A DNA stretch of 64,000 nt from a virus, in IMG/VR virus record IMGVR_UViG_3300041964_000072, positions 32,001-96,000 of that record, one strand, 5' to 3'. Position 1 is the stretch's first letter, and every line of letters begins with the position of its first letter. Under the pieces are notes generated by a model. The model searched no databases. It was not told the origin of the DNA and saw nothing but the letters and a program-made list of their open reading frames with translations. This document shows positions 27,311 to 36,293 of the stretch, piece after piece. The position numbers and the translations under genes are program-made.

Positions 27311-28120
27311 TTAAACGTTGCGCTCAAAAGCAGTCATGAGGTTGTTCACTAAGTTTGTGTAATTAGTTACTTGTGCTGCCGTAAGCCCTCTTTGAATCGA
27401 AGCACATCCAATACTCTTACTTGTTAGTGCTGATAGTACTTCTGAGTTTGGTAAAGAGCCTCCAGCAAGCATATTACTTGCTACTGGTGTCCCTCTAATA
27501 TATAAGCTGTGAGTTGAACTAACTCGTGAAGTACAAACCCAACCAATACAACTTGTTGGAGTGTTTGTAAGTGTTGTTGTTTGATCTAGAGCGGTTGCAT
27601 ACATAACATTATCTGACCAGCGAAGATACAATGAAAGGCTAGCGCTTTCACTGGTTTCCGAAAAAATATCACTACTTTCTCCAGATGGTATGTCAGTCCT
27701 GCAATATAGTCCCAATCCCACACCAGTAGCAGCAAGATTTAGGGAAGGATTGAAGCCAGTACCTAGTGATTTTCCGGCTCCTCCTTTGAGTCCTGTCGTT
27801 CTTGAATAGTCGGACTCCACAAACCCAGTGGCAGTATTAATTTCTTTACTGCCAGCGGTTTGAGCGGGATACCAAAGATTTGCTAAAGCAGCTTTTAAGT
27901 TGTTCCCTGCATACGGGCAAAAATAACGAATAAGGCTATTGCTTACGGTTGTTGCATTACGAAGTCCAGCCGCATAAATTGCTTTTACGAAGGTATCTAC
28001 AGCTTTTATATCATCGTGCGTAATTGACCCCCCATTCGTGTTGATTCGATTGAGATAACTGAGTGTGTCATTGTGCAAATTCGTAATTGTCAAACCTATT
28101 CCAGGATTACTTTTCAGCAT
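27311..28120 (-). CDS. Putative tail fibre/receptor-binding structural protein
   Basis: YLNRINTNGG...AVDTFVKAIYAAGL...PYAGNNLKAALANL N-terminal pattern common in freshwater phage structural proteins, then a beta-sandwich-like region. Confidence 0.5.
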   Translation of the reverse strand: MLKSNPGIGLTITNLHNDTLSYLNRINTNGGSITHDDIKAVDTFVKAIYAAGLRNATTVSNSLIRYFCPYAGNNLKAALANLWYPAQTAGSKEINTATGFVESDYSRTTGLKGGAGKSLGTGFNPSLNLAATGVGLGLYCRTDIPSGESSDIFSETSESASLSLYLRWSDNVMYATALDQTTTLTNTPTSCIGWVCTSRVSSTHSLYIRGTPVASNMLAGGSLPNSEVLSALTSKSIGCASIQRGLTAAQVTNYTNLVNNLMTAFERNV

Positions 28121-30783
28121 TATGCCTCCTGCACAAAAAGGACAACACCGCTGGTTATAATCCCTGCACTAAGGTTGATTACGAAACTCTCCCCTACTCC
28201 CCCTTCAAGCCAGTGATATCCCACAATTGCTTGTGGTAGCACAAAACCATTACCTTTGGAGGCTAATGGCATAATTCCTGTTAGGTTTGATGTTCCTGAT
28301 TTAAGAATTACAGAAACATCACCATTAACAATTAAAAATAGTCCAAGGATTTTGATTCTTTGACCTGCAACACCAGTAATTACAGGGTTATCACCACTAG
28401 TAGAAAGTGAAATGCCTTGTCTCCGGATGTTTATAGGGGCAACAGCCATCCGTGGATCTACAAGAGTTCCACCAACGTTGACGGCTACATCAAGTGACCT
28501 CCGGGTATTTGCGAGGTTTGTGCTAATCCCGTTTCCAGCAGAGTCAAAAAGACGTGCGTTTACGTTACCTGTGATTGGCTGTGTAACGGCTGAGCCGTCT
28601 ACCCTGAAGCCACCACTTGCCGCTAATGTTTGTGGAAAAAGATTAGTTAAAAACGAGATCTTTGTTTGTAATCTTTTGAAAAAACCGATGATACTAGAAT
28701 CTTCAGTATCAGTATTAGGTGCTGGATCGGCTTTTGTTCCTACAGATGTAGCCAGGACTCCATCTGACGCAAGTGTTACAGGAAAGGAGGCTGATGCAGG
28801 TTTCGATCCTACTGATATAGGTAAGCGATCGCGTATTCCCTCAACATCTATTTGTCTCGAAGCTCCCGTAGGTAATGGAAGTACTTCAGCGGACACCCCT
28901 TGGATGGCAGGGAAGTTAGACACCGCAACTGAGCCGGATACAGCCTGGGTAGCGGGAAAGTTATTGATTCCTACGTTGCCTGAAACTGGTTGAGTAGCGG
29001 GGAAGTTTGCAACTGAAACTGTTCCGGTTACTGCTTGACTCGTAGGAGAACTAATCTTGAGGTTTCCATTAGCATCGAATGCAAAATTAGGTTGATTCGA
29101 TACTGCAACACTTCCTGAAATAGGTTGGTTAGCTGGAAAATTACTTACTGCAACCGATCCTGCAACAGTTTGGGTGGCAGGGAAATTGTTGATCCCTACA
29201 TTACCTGAAACCGCTTGTGTCGCTGGAAAGTTGTTAATTCCCACGCTACCTGAAACTGGTTGAGTAGCGGGAAAATTGGAAACGGATACTGTTCCTGTTA
29301 CGGCTTGTGATACTGGATTACTAACTTTGAGATTTCCATTGGCATCGAATGTGAAAGCAGGTTGATTCGAGATGGATAGTGAGCCAGATACAGGTTGAAC
29401 AGCAGGGAAATTTACTCTAAGATTTCCGTTAGCATCGAACACAAATGGAGGTTGATTGTTTACAGCTACACTGCCTGAAATTGCCTGGTTTGCAGGGAAG
29501 TTTGAAACGGATACCGCACCAGTAATCGTTTGAGTGGCAGGAAAATTGGTAATCCCTACACTTCCACTTACTTGTTGTGTGGTTGGAAAGTTTGATACTG
29601 AAACAGTTCCCGTTACCGATTGAGTATTGGGAGAACTTACCTTGAGATTTCCATTGGCATCGAATGCGAGGGCAGGTTGATTGCTGATAGCTACCGTACC
29701 TGATACGGGCTGAACGGTAGGGAAGTTTCCAACATTAAGAGTTCCACTAATTTGCTGGGTTGCAGGAAAATTAGAAACCGAGACTAATGCTTGGTTGCTG
29801 TTATTTAGCGCTAAAGGACGAAGCTGGTTACTTGCATTACGTCCTAATGCTGCAATACCTACTGCTGTAGATGGAGTTGAACCTTCTGCATATTCAGTAT
29901 TAGGAACAGAAGTCCCTGAAGTAGTTCCTCCTGATGTTCCACTGACCCGAAGGTTTCCCGATTCATCAAACACAAAGGGAGGTTGGTTGTTGATATTTAC
30001 GCTTCCACTAATCTGCTGGGAAGTCGGAAACTGAACATCAACTTTAAAGCGATCATTTACTAAGGTAGTAGGAAGTCTTTGCACGATTGCAATGACGTGC
30101 CCCATCAGCCCTTTTACAAAGCCTATGAGTCCGCCTGTCCCACTGTCGGAATAAACTGCCGGATCGTTGGGTTTGCCAAGTGCTTGAAAAAGTGTAGAAT
30201 CTTTCGCTGCATCCGCTGGTAAAGGTAGCGAAGCAACACTTATCGCTTGTGTGGTTGGGAAGTTAGTAACTACTACACTGCCCGTAACGGACTGGGATGC
30301 TGGAAACTGAACATCAACTTTAAGTCGATCATTCAGCAATGCAGAAGGTAGCCTGGTGAGGAGATTTATAAGAGTATCTTCTCTTGCGGCTCCAGTGGGG
30401 AGAGGGAGAGCGCTTGCCGCAATTTGCTGGATGGCAGGGAAGTTACTGATTCCAACTTGCCCTAGGTCGTTAATTGCTAGCTTTAGATTAGGATTTATTC
30501 GATCAGCAATAGTTACAATTCCACTATTGCTACTGGTTGTGCCTCCAGTGATGCCAGATATTTTAAGGTTGCCATCAGCATCAAAGGCAAAAGCCGGAAA
30601 ATTAGTGACACTTACCTTTTGAATGTCGGGAAAGGTAACGGAAACATCACCAATAGTTGCGGCTGAACCTAATGAATTAGCGGAAGCTACCCAAACAAAT
30701 TCCCTAGGTACTTCATGGAATTGGAAATTCGTGTCAAATATTGTATTGTAAGCATCAGCAATACTCTGCTTCGTTAATGCCAT
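28120..30783 (-). CDS. Repeat-rich fibre-like structural protein
   Basis: About 16 NFP(A/T)xQ repeats and six FD(A/E)xGNL(K/R) units, with a compact C-terminal beta domain. Confidence 0.7.
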   Translation of the reverse strand: MALTKQSIADAYNTIFDTNFQFHEVPREFVWVASANSLGSAATIGDVSVTFPDIQKVSVTNFPAFAFDADGNLKISGITGGTTSSNSGIVTIADRINPNLKLAINDLGQVGISNFPAIQQIAASALPLPTGAAREDTLINLLTRLPSALLNDRLKVDVQFPASQSVTGSVVVTNFPTTQAISVASLPLPADAAKDSTLFQALGKPNDPAVYSDSGTGGLIGFVKGLMGHVIAIVQRLPTTLVNDRFKVDVQFPTSQQISGSVNINNQPPFVFDESGNLRVSGTSGGTTSGTSVPNTEYAEGSTPSTAVGIAALGRNASNQLRPLALNNSNQALVSVSNFPATQQISGTLNVGNFPTVQPVSGTVAISNQPALAFDANGNLKVSSPNTQSVTGTVSVSNFPTTQQVSGSVGITNFPATQTITGAVSVSNFPANQAISGSVAVNNQPPFVFDANGNLRVNFPAVQPVSGSLSISNQPAFTFDANGNLKVSNPVSQAVTGTVSVSNFPATQPVSGSVGINNFPATQAVSGNVGINNFPATQTVAGSVAVSNFPANQPISGSVAVSNQPNFAFDANGNLKISSPTSQAVTGTVSVANFPATQPVSGNVGINNFPATQAVSGSVAVSNFPAIQGVSAEVLPLPTGASRQIDVEGIRDRLPISVGSKPASASFPVTLASDGVLATSVGTKADPAPNTDTEDSSIIGFFKRLQTKISFLTNLFPQTLAASGGFRVDGSAVTQPITGNVNARLFDSAGNGISTNLANTRRSLDVAVNVGGTLVDPRMAVAPINIRRQGISLSTSGDNPVITGVAGQRIKILGLFLIVNGDVSVILKSGTSNLTGIMPLASKGNGFVLPQAIVGYHWLEGGVGESFVINLSAGIITSGVVLFVQEA

Positions 30784-30870
30784 TTATATAGGACTATATG
30801 TATATCACCTCCTTTCTAAGTTGGGTTTTTGTCGAGTATTTAATACTTTAATTCTATCAACTGCTAGTCT

Positions 30871-31596
30871 CTAGGGTCTGTTGATTTTGTGAAACCCTTT
30901 GTTATCCGGATCAGCTACAACCTCTTGTCTTTCCTTTAGGGTGTGAATTGCTGTACTGACTCTATCCCTCATAGTGGCAGCAATCTTTGGGTCTTCAATG
31001 ATTCCATATAATTCACGTACAATTATGTTTGTATGTACATATTCCTCGAACCTCTCGAACACTTGTACTATAGCTCTGTAACGACTCATTCCCTTAAATT
31101 GAGGGAGCATAGGAGCATCTAGACCTCCCCCAGGCTTTTTTTTGATTTTTGCTTTTGGATATTCCTTTTCCTTGTCCTCCTCAAATATCTCTGACTTGGA
31201 TTCCTTGGCAGAAATTGCATTACCTACTCCGGAAGGAATAATTAAGGGTTTTGTGCTGTAATTGGATACGGGTTCAGGTGCTAGATATTGTTTTGGGAAT
31301 TTAAAATGGGGGTTTGGCTTAGACGACATCCCTACCAATAGGGATCGAATATGATGCTGTTGATTGCGAAGATACTGAATTGTATTTTGCAGTTCTTCAA
31401 TCTCTCCCTCATATTTTGCATCTAGTTGGATAAGCATTTCTTCTACAGAAGCGGTAAGCTGATTGCTAGAGTTAAATTGATCCATAGATTTAGAAAGGGT
31501 TGAAAAATGGCGGAAGTAAACAGAGAGCCAGGGCGACGACCAAAAACCGTGAGGGTTCGGCAACATGATCGTACAATACGAAGCAAGATCTACCAT
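30871..31596 (-). CDS. Cyanobacteria-type hypothetical protein (coiled coil plus winged-helix-like C-terminus)
   Basis: LDAKYEGEIEEL...HIRSLL and MLPQFKGMS...IVRELYG...RDRVSTAI pattern; real start probably MDQFNSS. Confidence 0.6.
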   Translation of the reverse strand: MVDLASYCTIMLPNPHGFWSSPWLSVYFRHFSTLSKSMDQFNSSNQLTASVEEMLIQLDAKYEGEIEELQNTIQYLRNQQHHIRSLLVGMSSKPNPHFKFPKQYLAPEPVSNYSTKPLIIPSGVGNAISAKESKSEIFEEDKEKEYPKAKIKKKPGGGLDAPMLPQFKGMSRYRAIVQVFERFEEYVHTNIIVRELYGIIEDPKIAATMRDRVSTAIHTLKERQEVVADPDNKGFHKINRP

Positions 31597-31785
31597 TTCA
31601 TCTGCGAGAAATGTAATAGAGGTGTCAGGAGGGAGACATACTCCCCCCGTTGCCCTCTATATTGCCACGATTGCGGAAATGGGAAATCTACTGCTATATC
31701 GGAGGAGTACACGACAAAAAAAACACGTCAACCTTTAACTATCGTACAGACAAGAGAAGTAGCGGAAGTAGTGGTAAGCCGATAA
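31507..31785 (+). CDS. Small zinc-finger protein, cyanobacteria-type
   Basis: VRVRQHDRTI...FICEKC...RETY...PLYCHDC (CxxC...CxxC); divergent from and overlapping the track start of 30871-31596. Confidence 0.6.
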   Translation: MAEVNREPGRRPKTVRVRQHDRTIRSKIYHFICEKCNRGVRRETYSPRCPLYCHDCGNGKSTAISEEYTTKKTRQPLTIVQTREVAEVVVSR

Positions 31786-31786
31786 A

Positions 31787-32194
31787 TTACCAAAGATCTT
31801 CCCTTGCCCAGCGGTTCGCACTTAGGGGGTTATCCCGTGTTGGATTTCCTTGTTTGTCCACGATTCCGGCACTTCGCGTCAGGTAATTAGTACGCCGCTT
31901 CTGGGATCTGTGTACATACTTTCCTCCGGAACCCCCATAATTCTTATATCCAGAATGTCCATAATGTACGGTCTTTTTCTGTCCAGTCTTTAAATTTTCG
32001 ATTACCCTATATCTTTTTTTGTTTTTATTCTTGCTAGGTTTTGAAGCACTTACTCGATAGCGATCGCCTTTATAGGAGACAATCTTTTCTGCGTATTTCC
32101 CTCGCCTCTTTCCTTTGTCGCTACGAGTGCGACGGAAAGAGGCAAGAGAATCATGATGTAGCACCCCGATAATTGGAACTTTTAATACACCCAC
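31787..32194 (-). CDS. Basic protein: AxF leader and RTRSDKG module fused to a DUF5754/DUF5824-like domain
   Basis: SLASF|RRTRSDKGKRRGKY, then KRYRV...TVHYGHSGYKNY...H...RRTNYLTR...SANRWAREDLW. Confidence 0.7.
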   Translation of the reverse strand: MGVLKVPIIGVLHHDSLASFRRTRSDKGKRRGKYAEKIVSYKGDRYRVSASKPSKNKNKKRYRVIENLKTGQKKTVHYGHSGYKNYGGSGGKYVHRSQKRRTNYLTRSAGIVDKQGNPTRDNPLSANRWAREDLW

Positions 32195-32946
32195 CTTGCT
32201 CTGTATCCCCGGTTGTCATTTTCGGTGTGGCAAAAACTTCCCTTACCTGGAGGAGCGTAGGCTAGTCCACGATCCTGACTAATGTTGTCCAGGCGCAAGT
32301 AGCATTGATAGGCAGTTAACTTGGTATGAATAAAGTCAACAGCATTACCTTTGGTGTGTTGGGAGTTAATTGCACCGATTCGTAAATATATCGGACGATA
32401 GAAACTGGTAACACCTAGCGGGTCATCTCCCAAAACTTCACGGACTTTTTCCATCCATCTTGCGGTTTCCAGGATATTTTGCACTTCTTGGGATGATGTC
32501 GGTTTCCTGACTAATCCGGGCTTTAAAGCTTCTTTCCAGGTGAAATGTCCTCCTGGAAGAATCATTTGATTTTCCCAAATGCGATCGCCTGATGGAAGCG
32601 TAATGCTTACTCCGGTACGAGTACCAAGATCAGCAGGATTGTGCTTGATGATACTCTCCTGTTCATCAACATCGAGGACATGGGTAGCTGTCCCAAGAGA
32701 ATCCTTATAGTCAGCTAGTAGTAATTTCTTTGTGGCTATGCCTAAAATGTCGGGATGTTCCAGATAGGAAGATCGCTTCCATTTGGCAAAACACTCCTGA
32801 GTTGATCTACCTACAAGTCCATCAACAACGATCTCGTATCCAATACTTTTAAGGGCAGATTGTATATTTTTGGCTAAGCTTTTATCTGTGATTTCAGATA
32901 ATTTTGTTTCCCCTTCAAACCGCTCAAGACTAGACAGCTCAAGCAT
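32182..32946 (-). CDS. Endolysin: peptidoglycan-binding domain plus peptidase M15
   Basis: IQSALKSIGY...VDGLVG (PG_binding_1-like); VTSFYRP...SQHTKGNAVD...FCH zinc-ligand pattern. Confidence 0.85.
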   Translation of the reverse strand: MLELSSLERFEGETKLSEITDKSLAKNIQSALKSIGYEIVVDGLVGRSTQECFAKWKRSSYLEHPDILGIATKKLLLADYKDSLGTATHVLDVDEQESIIKHNPADLGTRTGVSITLPSGDRIWENQMILPGGHFTWKEALKPGLVRKPTSSQEVQNILETARWMEKVREVLGDDPLGVTSFYRPIYLRIGAINSQHTKGNAVDFIHTKLTAYQCYLRLDNISQDRGLAYAPPGKGSFCHTENDNRGYRARWVY

Positions 32947-33069
32947 TTCACATGGTTTGTTATGTTCCCCTTCATTCTCGCATAGTGATAAGGCTAGTTG
33001 TTAGCAGTATTTTTTTTGATCCCAAAAAAGAATAATGCGCTATTGTGATTTATAGAACTCGTTTCACTA

Positions 33070-33642
33070 ATGAAATCTAGGCTAATGACTGCATCTACAG
33101 AAAGAGTGGACACAAGTGATTGGAGAGCTTGCCTTACCGACATCTTCAATCGAGTGCATGAATTTATGCTACCGAAAACATGGGATTCGGTAGAGACAAT
33201 TGCTGAGTGTATTTATTTTTCGACAAGACAACTAGGAATTACCGAAAAACCTGGGGTATTGGCTTTTACAGCCGTGATTAACTGTGAGGTAATGGTAAGT
33301 GAAAGTCGGATTTTACAACAGCTAGGTGTAGGCAGGGAGGAGTTCTTAAAGAATTCTCCTGCCATATTTCTAGGGGAATTTGTCCCTGTCGAAGACATGA
33401 AAAAGAGGCTACCTGCCTATCGGATAGATGAACCTATCCAGAATTTGATCAATGCGACAAACTGGGAAGAGGAGCGCATCATAGTATTGCGCTTTATAGA
33501 TTTAGAAGATCCAGAGAAAGGAAATGACCTTACTACCAGAGTTCACAAGTCTCTTCTTCCTCCAGAGAAGCAATGTGATTGCCCTGTATGTCGGATGAGG
33601 AGATCACAAGCTCCTTGGCATTCTGGTGCTGAGTGGAACTAA
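33070..33642 (+). CDS. Hypothetical protein
   Basis: 190 aa ORF, C-terminal CDCPVC. Confidence 0.65.
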   Translation: MKSRLMTASTERVDTSDWRACLTDIFNRVHEFMLPKTWDSVETIAECIYFSTRQLGITEKPGVLAFTAVINCEVMVSESRILQQLGVGREEFLKNSPAIFLGEFVPVEDMKKRLPAYRIDEPIQNLINATNWEEERIIVLRFIDLEDPEKGNDLTTRVHKSLLPPEKQCDCPVCRMRRSQAPWHSGAEWN

Positions 33643-34009
33643 TTTCAGTCGTGTAGAGAGGATGGATATTTGCCGTAAAGGTAAGGTAGAAAACTTCGAT
33701 TCCGTTTTCCCTACAGGCATCTATTACATCCTTCCTTGATATTGTGGAGCTTTTGCCGAAAAGGTATAAGGTTTTTTGGTGCTGGGGATAGAACAAACTA
33801 TAGACTTGCAACTGTCCTATCCCCGCTTTCCAATCTTCGACACGTTTTAATTCAATTAAGCGTGTGGCTGTTAAATTGTCCACTCTTCCAATCCCAGCTC
33901 TGGGGATAGTAACTTCTTTGAGTCCACCAATTTGGGCTTGAATGATACTTTGGATATCACTCTCGCTAAGGCTCTTGGAACTGTCTTTTCTTCTTTTTTG
34001 GGAGGGCAT
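33533..34009 (-). CDS. PD-(D/E)xK-like nuclease domain protein
   Basis: EV...GRVDNLT...LIELK...WKAGIGQLQVY...YP...LYLFG pattern. Confidence 0.65.
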   Translation of the reverse strand: MPSQKRRKDSSKSLSESDIQSIIQAQIGGLKEVTIPRAGIGRVDNLTATRLIELKRVEDWKAGIGQLQVYSLFYPQHQKTLYLFGKSSTISRKDVIDACRENGIEVFYLTFTANIHPLYTTEISSTQHQNAKELVISSSDIQGNHIASLEEEETCELW

Positions 34010-34254
34010 ATTTAGACGATAAAATTAAGGAATATAACAGGCTTTGTATATAACTTAATTATCGCTTAAAGGTCTTTATGTCTTCCCGAAATCAAGAGAT
34101 ATGCCTGGGCATATTTTGTCTAGTCAATGTATTCATGATATTGACTTTGGTAGCAGAGTTAAGAGGTGTGGATACTACTTTAATACATCAGATGTATTGC
34201 CTAATAATTGGGGGGATTGGGCTTCAGTTGTTAATGGGTTGACCGTAATTTACT

Positions 34255-34608
34255 GTGAGGTTTTTTGTGGAAAAGCGTGTAATTGGGAATCAAACATACT
34301 ACTGCTTTACAGAGAATGAGCTGCCAGAGCGACGGGTTTTTGAAGAAGGTTTGATGAATCAAGGTATTGTTGACCGTCTCGTTATCGCAGTGCTTGCTGC
34401 GATCAGGGAGGCTTCAAGTACCGAAAGACAATCATGGAAAAGCGCTCGGATGATGTTGATGAAGTTCTTTCCAGAATTTGAGGATGCAATATTATCTGAT
34501 GCAGATATAACCCTAAACTATGACCACATGGTAGGAGGATTCCAGGTTGCTTTTGATGAAAACTCTGACGAGAAATCAGAACAATTCGCCCAAGACAAGG
34601 TAGCGTAG
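34255..34608 (+). CDS. Hypothetical protein
   Basis: 117 aa ORF; start uncertain. Confidence 0.5.
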   Translation: MRFFVEKRVIGNQTYYCFTENELPERRVFEEGLMNQGIVDRLVIAVLAAIREASSTERQSWKSARMMLMKFFPEFEDAILSDADITLNYDHMVGGFQVAFDENSDEKSEQFAQDKVA

Positions 34609-34612
34609 CTTT

Positions 34613-34621
34613 TGATATAAT
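34613..34621 (+). promoter_or_regulatory. Extended -10 promoter (TGnTATAAT) for the tRNA
   Basis: TGATATAAT ends 7 bp before the tRNA 5' end. Confidence 0.65.
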
Positions 34622-34627
34622 TGGAGT

Positions 34628-34701
34628 GGCGGGAGAGTGGAACAGATAACCATGCAAGTCTCATAAGCTAGCGATAGCAGGTGCAACTCCTGTTCCCGCC
34701 T
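34628..34701 (+). tRNA. tRNA with CAT anticodon (Met elongator or Ile2), atypical, no encoded CCA
   Basis: Acceptor GGCGGGA/TCCCGCC, D stem GTGG/CCAT, anticodon loop CTCATAA (CAT at 34662-34664), T stem GCAGG/CCTGT with loop TGCAACT. Confidence 0.8.
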
Positions 34702-34758
34702 CTTCTTTAAATAGTTTTCTCCATCACAGTTTCCTCCAGGCGTAATGCTTGGAGGTTT

Positions 34759-35070
34759 TTATATGTAATCCTCTCCCATGTTTTTATTTCTTTCGCAATA
34801 ACTTATTTCAGTGAGCAACCACTCTGAAACTATGATTTCACCGCAGATTTCTAACGATTCCAGTGCATTCATTAACTCAAAGTCATAATCATTTTTGGTA
34901 AGTCTCTTCTCAGATTCCCTGAGTAATTTGTATAGTTTACGGCTGTGCTGATGGAAGGCACACTTGATAAAATCCTCTGAGTATCGTTTGTAGAATATGG
35001 GAGGAATCTCGTTAGTATCCAAAATAGATTCCATAGAAAGTGATCGCTTTCTGTTGTAATTGGTGGGCAC
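34759..35070 (-). CDS. Hypothetical protein
   Basis: 103 aa ORF in a short minus-strand block. Confidence 0.55.
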   Translation of the reverse strand: MPTNYNRKRSLSMESILDTNEIPPIFYKRYSEDFIKCAFHQHSRKLYKLLRESEKRLTKNDYDFELMNALESLEICGEIIVSEWLLTEISYCERNKNMGEDYI

Positions 35071-35090
35071 TGAATTAAACCGTGCAGTGA

Positions 35091-35342
35091 TTAAGGCTGG
35101 GAATCTTTGAGGTTGTCTAGTGTATCAATGAAGTCGGGAAGAGGGCTTTCGAGGAGTATCATGAATTGCTCGATTGTCGCATGAGTGGCAGCATACCAGG
35201 CGTTCTGAATTTTTTCTGGGAGTTCTTTCCAATCAGGCATAGGGAGTCCTTGATAATTCTTTCCACCTGTTTTTATACCATAAGCAAAATAAGCAGTAGG
35301 AGCAATAACACGAGCAAGATGTTGTAGATCAATTGCATTCAT
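35091..35342 (-). CDS. Conserved-looking phage hypothetical protein
   Basis: AYFAY...KNYQGLPMPDWKELPEKIQNAWYAA pattern. Confidence 0.6.
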   Translation of the reverse strand: MNAIDLQHLARVIAPTAYFAYGIKTGGKNYQGLPMPDWKELPEKIQNAWYAATHATIEQFMILLESPLPDFIDTLDNLKDSQP

Positions 35343-35476
35343 AAGAATGGGTAAAGGATTAGAGGTTTTTGTCTAATCTTCTATTCCATTCAAAAATATT
35401 CTTGGTAGAATATGAGGAGATAACGATAATGACTTTCTTTTTAATCGTAACAAGTATTTAGCTAGGCACCTGGCAT

Positions 35477-35698
35477 TTATCTGTTACGGTTTTCTTTTTG
35501 CACTTTTCTGTAGGTCAATATCTGCGTTTCAAGTCGGTCAATCCATACTTGGAATCCACCCCGTTCTGCCTCAAAAAGGATTTTTTCGTTATCTGAGAGA
35601 TTGGGGTTATTGAATTGAATTCTGTTAAATTCCATACCTCGTTTAAGCAAACTCCATTGACGCAGAGCGGTACGGTATTGATCATCATTTTTGAGCAT
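35477..35698 (-). CDS. Small helical hypothetical protein
   Basis: 73 aa, MLKNDDQYRTAL... Confidence 0.55.
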   Translation of the reverse strand: MLKNDDQYRTALRQWSLLKRGMEFNRIQFNNPNLSDNEKILFEAERGGFQVWIDRLETQILTYRKVQKENRNR

Positions 35699-35727
35699 AA
35701 TAAGGAGTAGTTATAAAGGACAGTTCT

Positions 35728-35967
35728 ATGCATAATAGTGACGCAAATTGCTGGACATTACCAGGCATCCTTAACTCTTTCAGGCAGGATGCAGCCGACT
35801 TACGATCGAAGGGAGAACATAAAGCTGCCAATGTTGTTGATCAAGTCGTGCAACAACTTGAGGCGGAAATGAAGGAAATCGAAAAACAGCCCTTTATTCC
35901 TAGTGAGGTATCCGCTGCTCAGTTACGAGTATGGGCAGCAGAACACAGGCGCAAGCGTAAGGCGTAG
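35728..35967 (+). CDS. Small hypothetical protein
   Basis: 79 aa ORF upstream of the att-like region. Confidence 0.55.
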   Translation: MHNSDANCWTLPGILNSFRQDAADLRSKGEHKAANVVDQVVQQLEAEMKEIEKQPFIPSEVSAAQLRVWAAEHRRKRKA

Positions 35968-36002
35968 TGCCTTATTACGACCTAGAGTAAGGTACTTGTA
36001 GG

Positions 36003-36286
36003 GTAAGTTAATTTTTAAGTAAAGGTAAGTAAAGGATGTTTGGTGTATGGAACCAAAAGTTTTGATGGACACCTCTTAAGAAAGTAAGTAAAATGTAAGT
36101 AAATGATTTTCTTAGTTTTTGTAATCCTTGTGTAGTGAGTAATTCAGGACATAAAGGGTTGTTGCGTGAAAACTCCCTTGACATCTGATGTCTCTCAAAG
36201 TACGATTCTTACGTTCACTCAGTTCAAGATTCATAGTTCCTAACTAGGAGTTTTAGTCCTGAGTAAGTAAAAAGTAAGTAAGTAAA
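36003..36286 (+). repeat. Clustered GTAAGTAAA direct repeats (attP-like integrase arm sites)
   Basis: Exact copies at 36025, 36084, 36095, 36263 and 36278, plus variants at 36003, 36016 and 36274; non-coding and directly upstream of the integrase. Confidence 0.6.
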
Positions 36287-36293
36287 CGAGAAG

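Noticed and set aside
28412-30622. + strand ORFs within the repeat fibre gene
   Set aside because: Antisense frames kept open by the repetitive codon structure
27311-30783. Diversity-generating retroelement targeting the fibre genes
   Set aside because: No reverse transcriptase and no template/variable repeat pair differing at adenines seen in the window
36104-36262. att core as a tRNA 3' fragment
   Set aside because: No T-arm/acceptor/CCA pattern on either strand and no match to the tRNA at 34628
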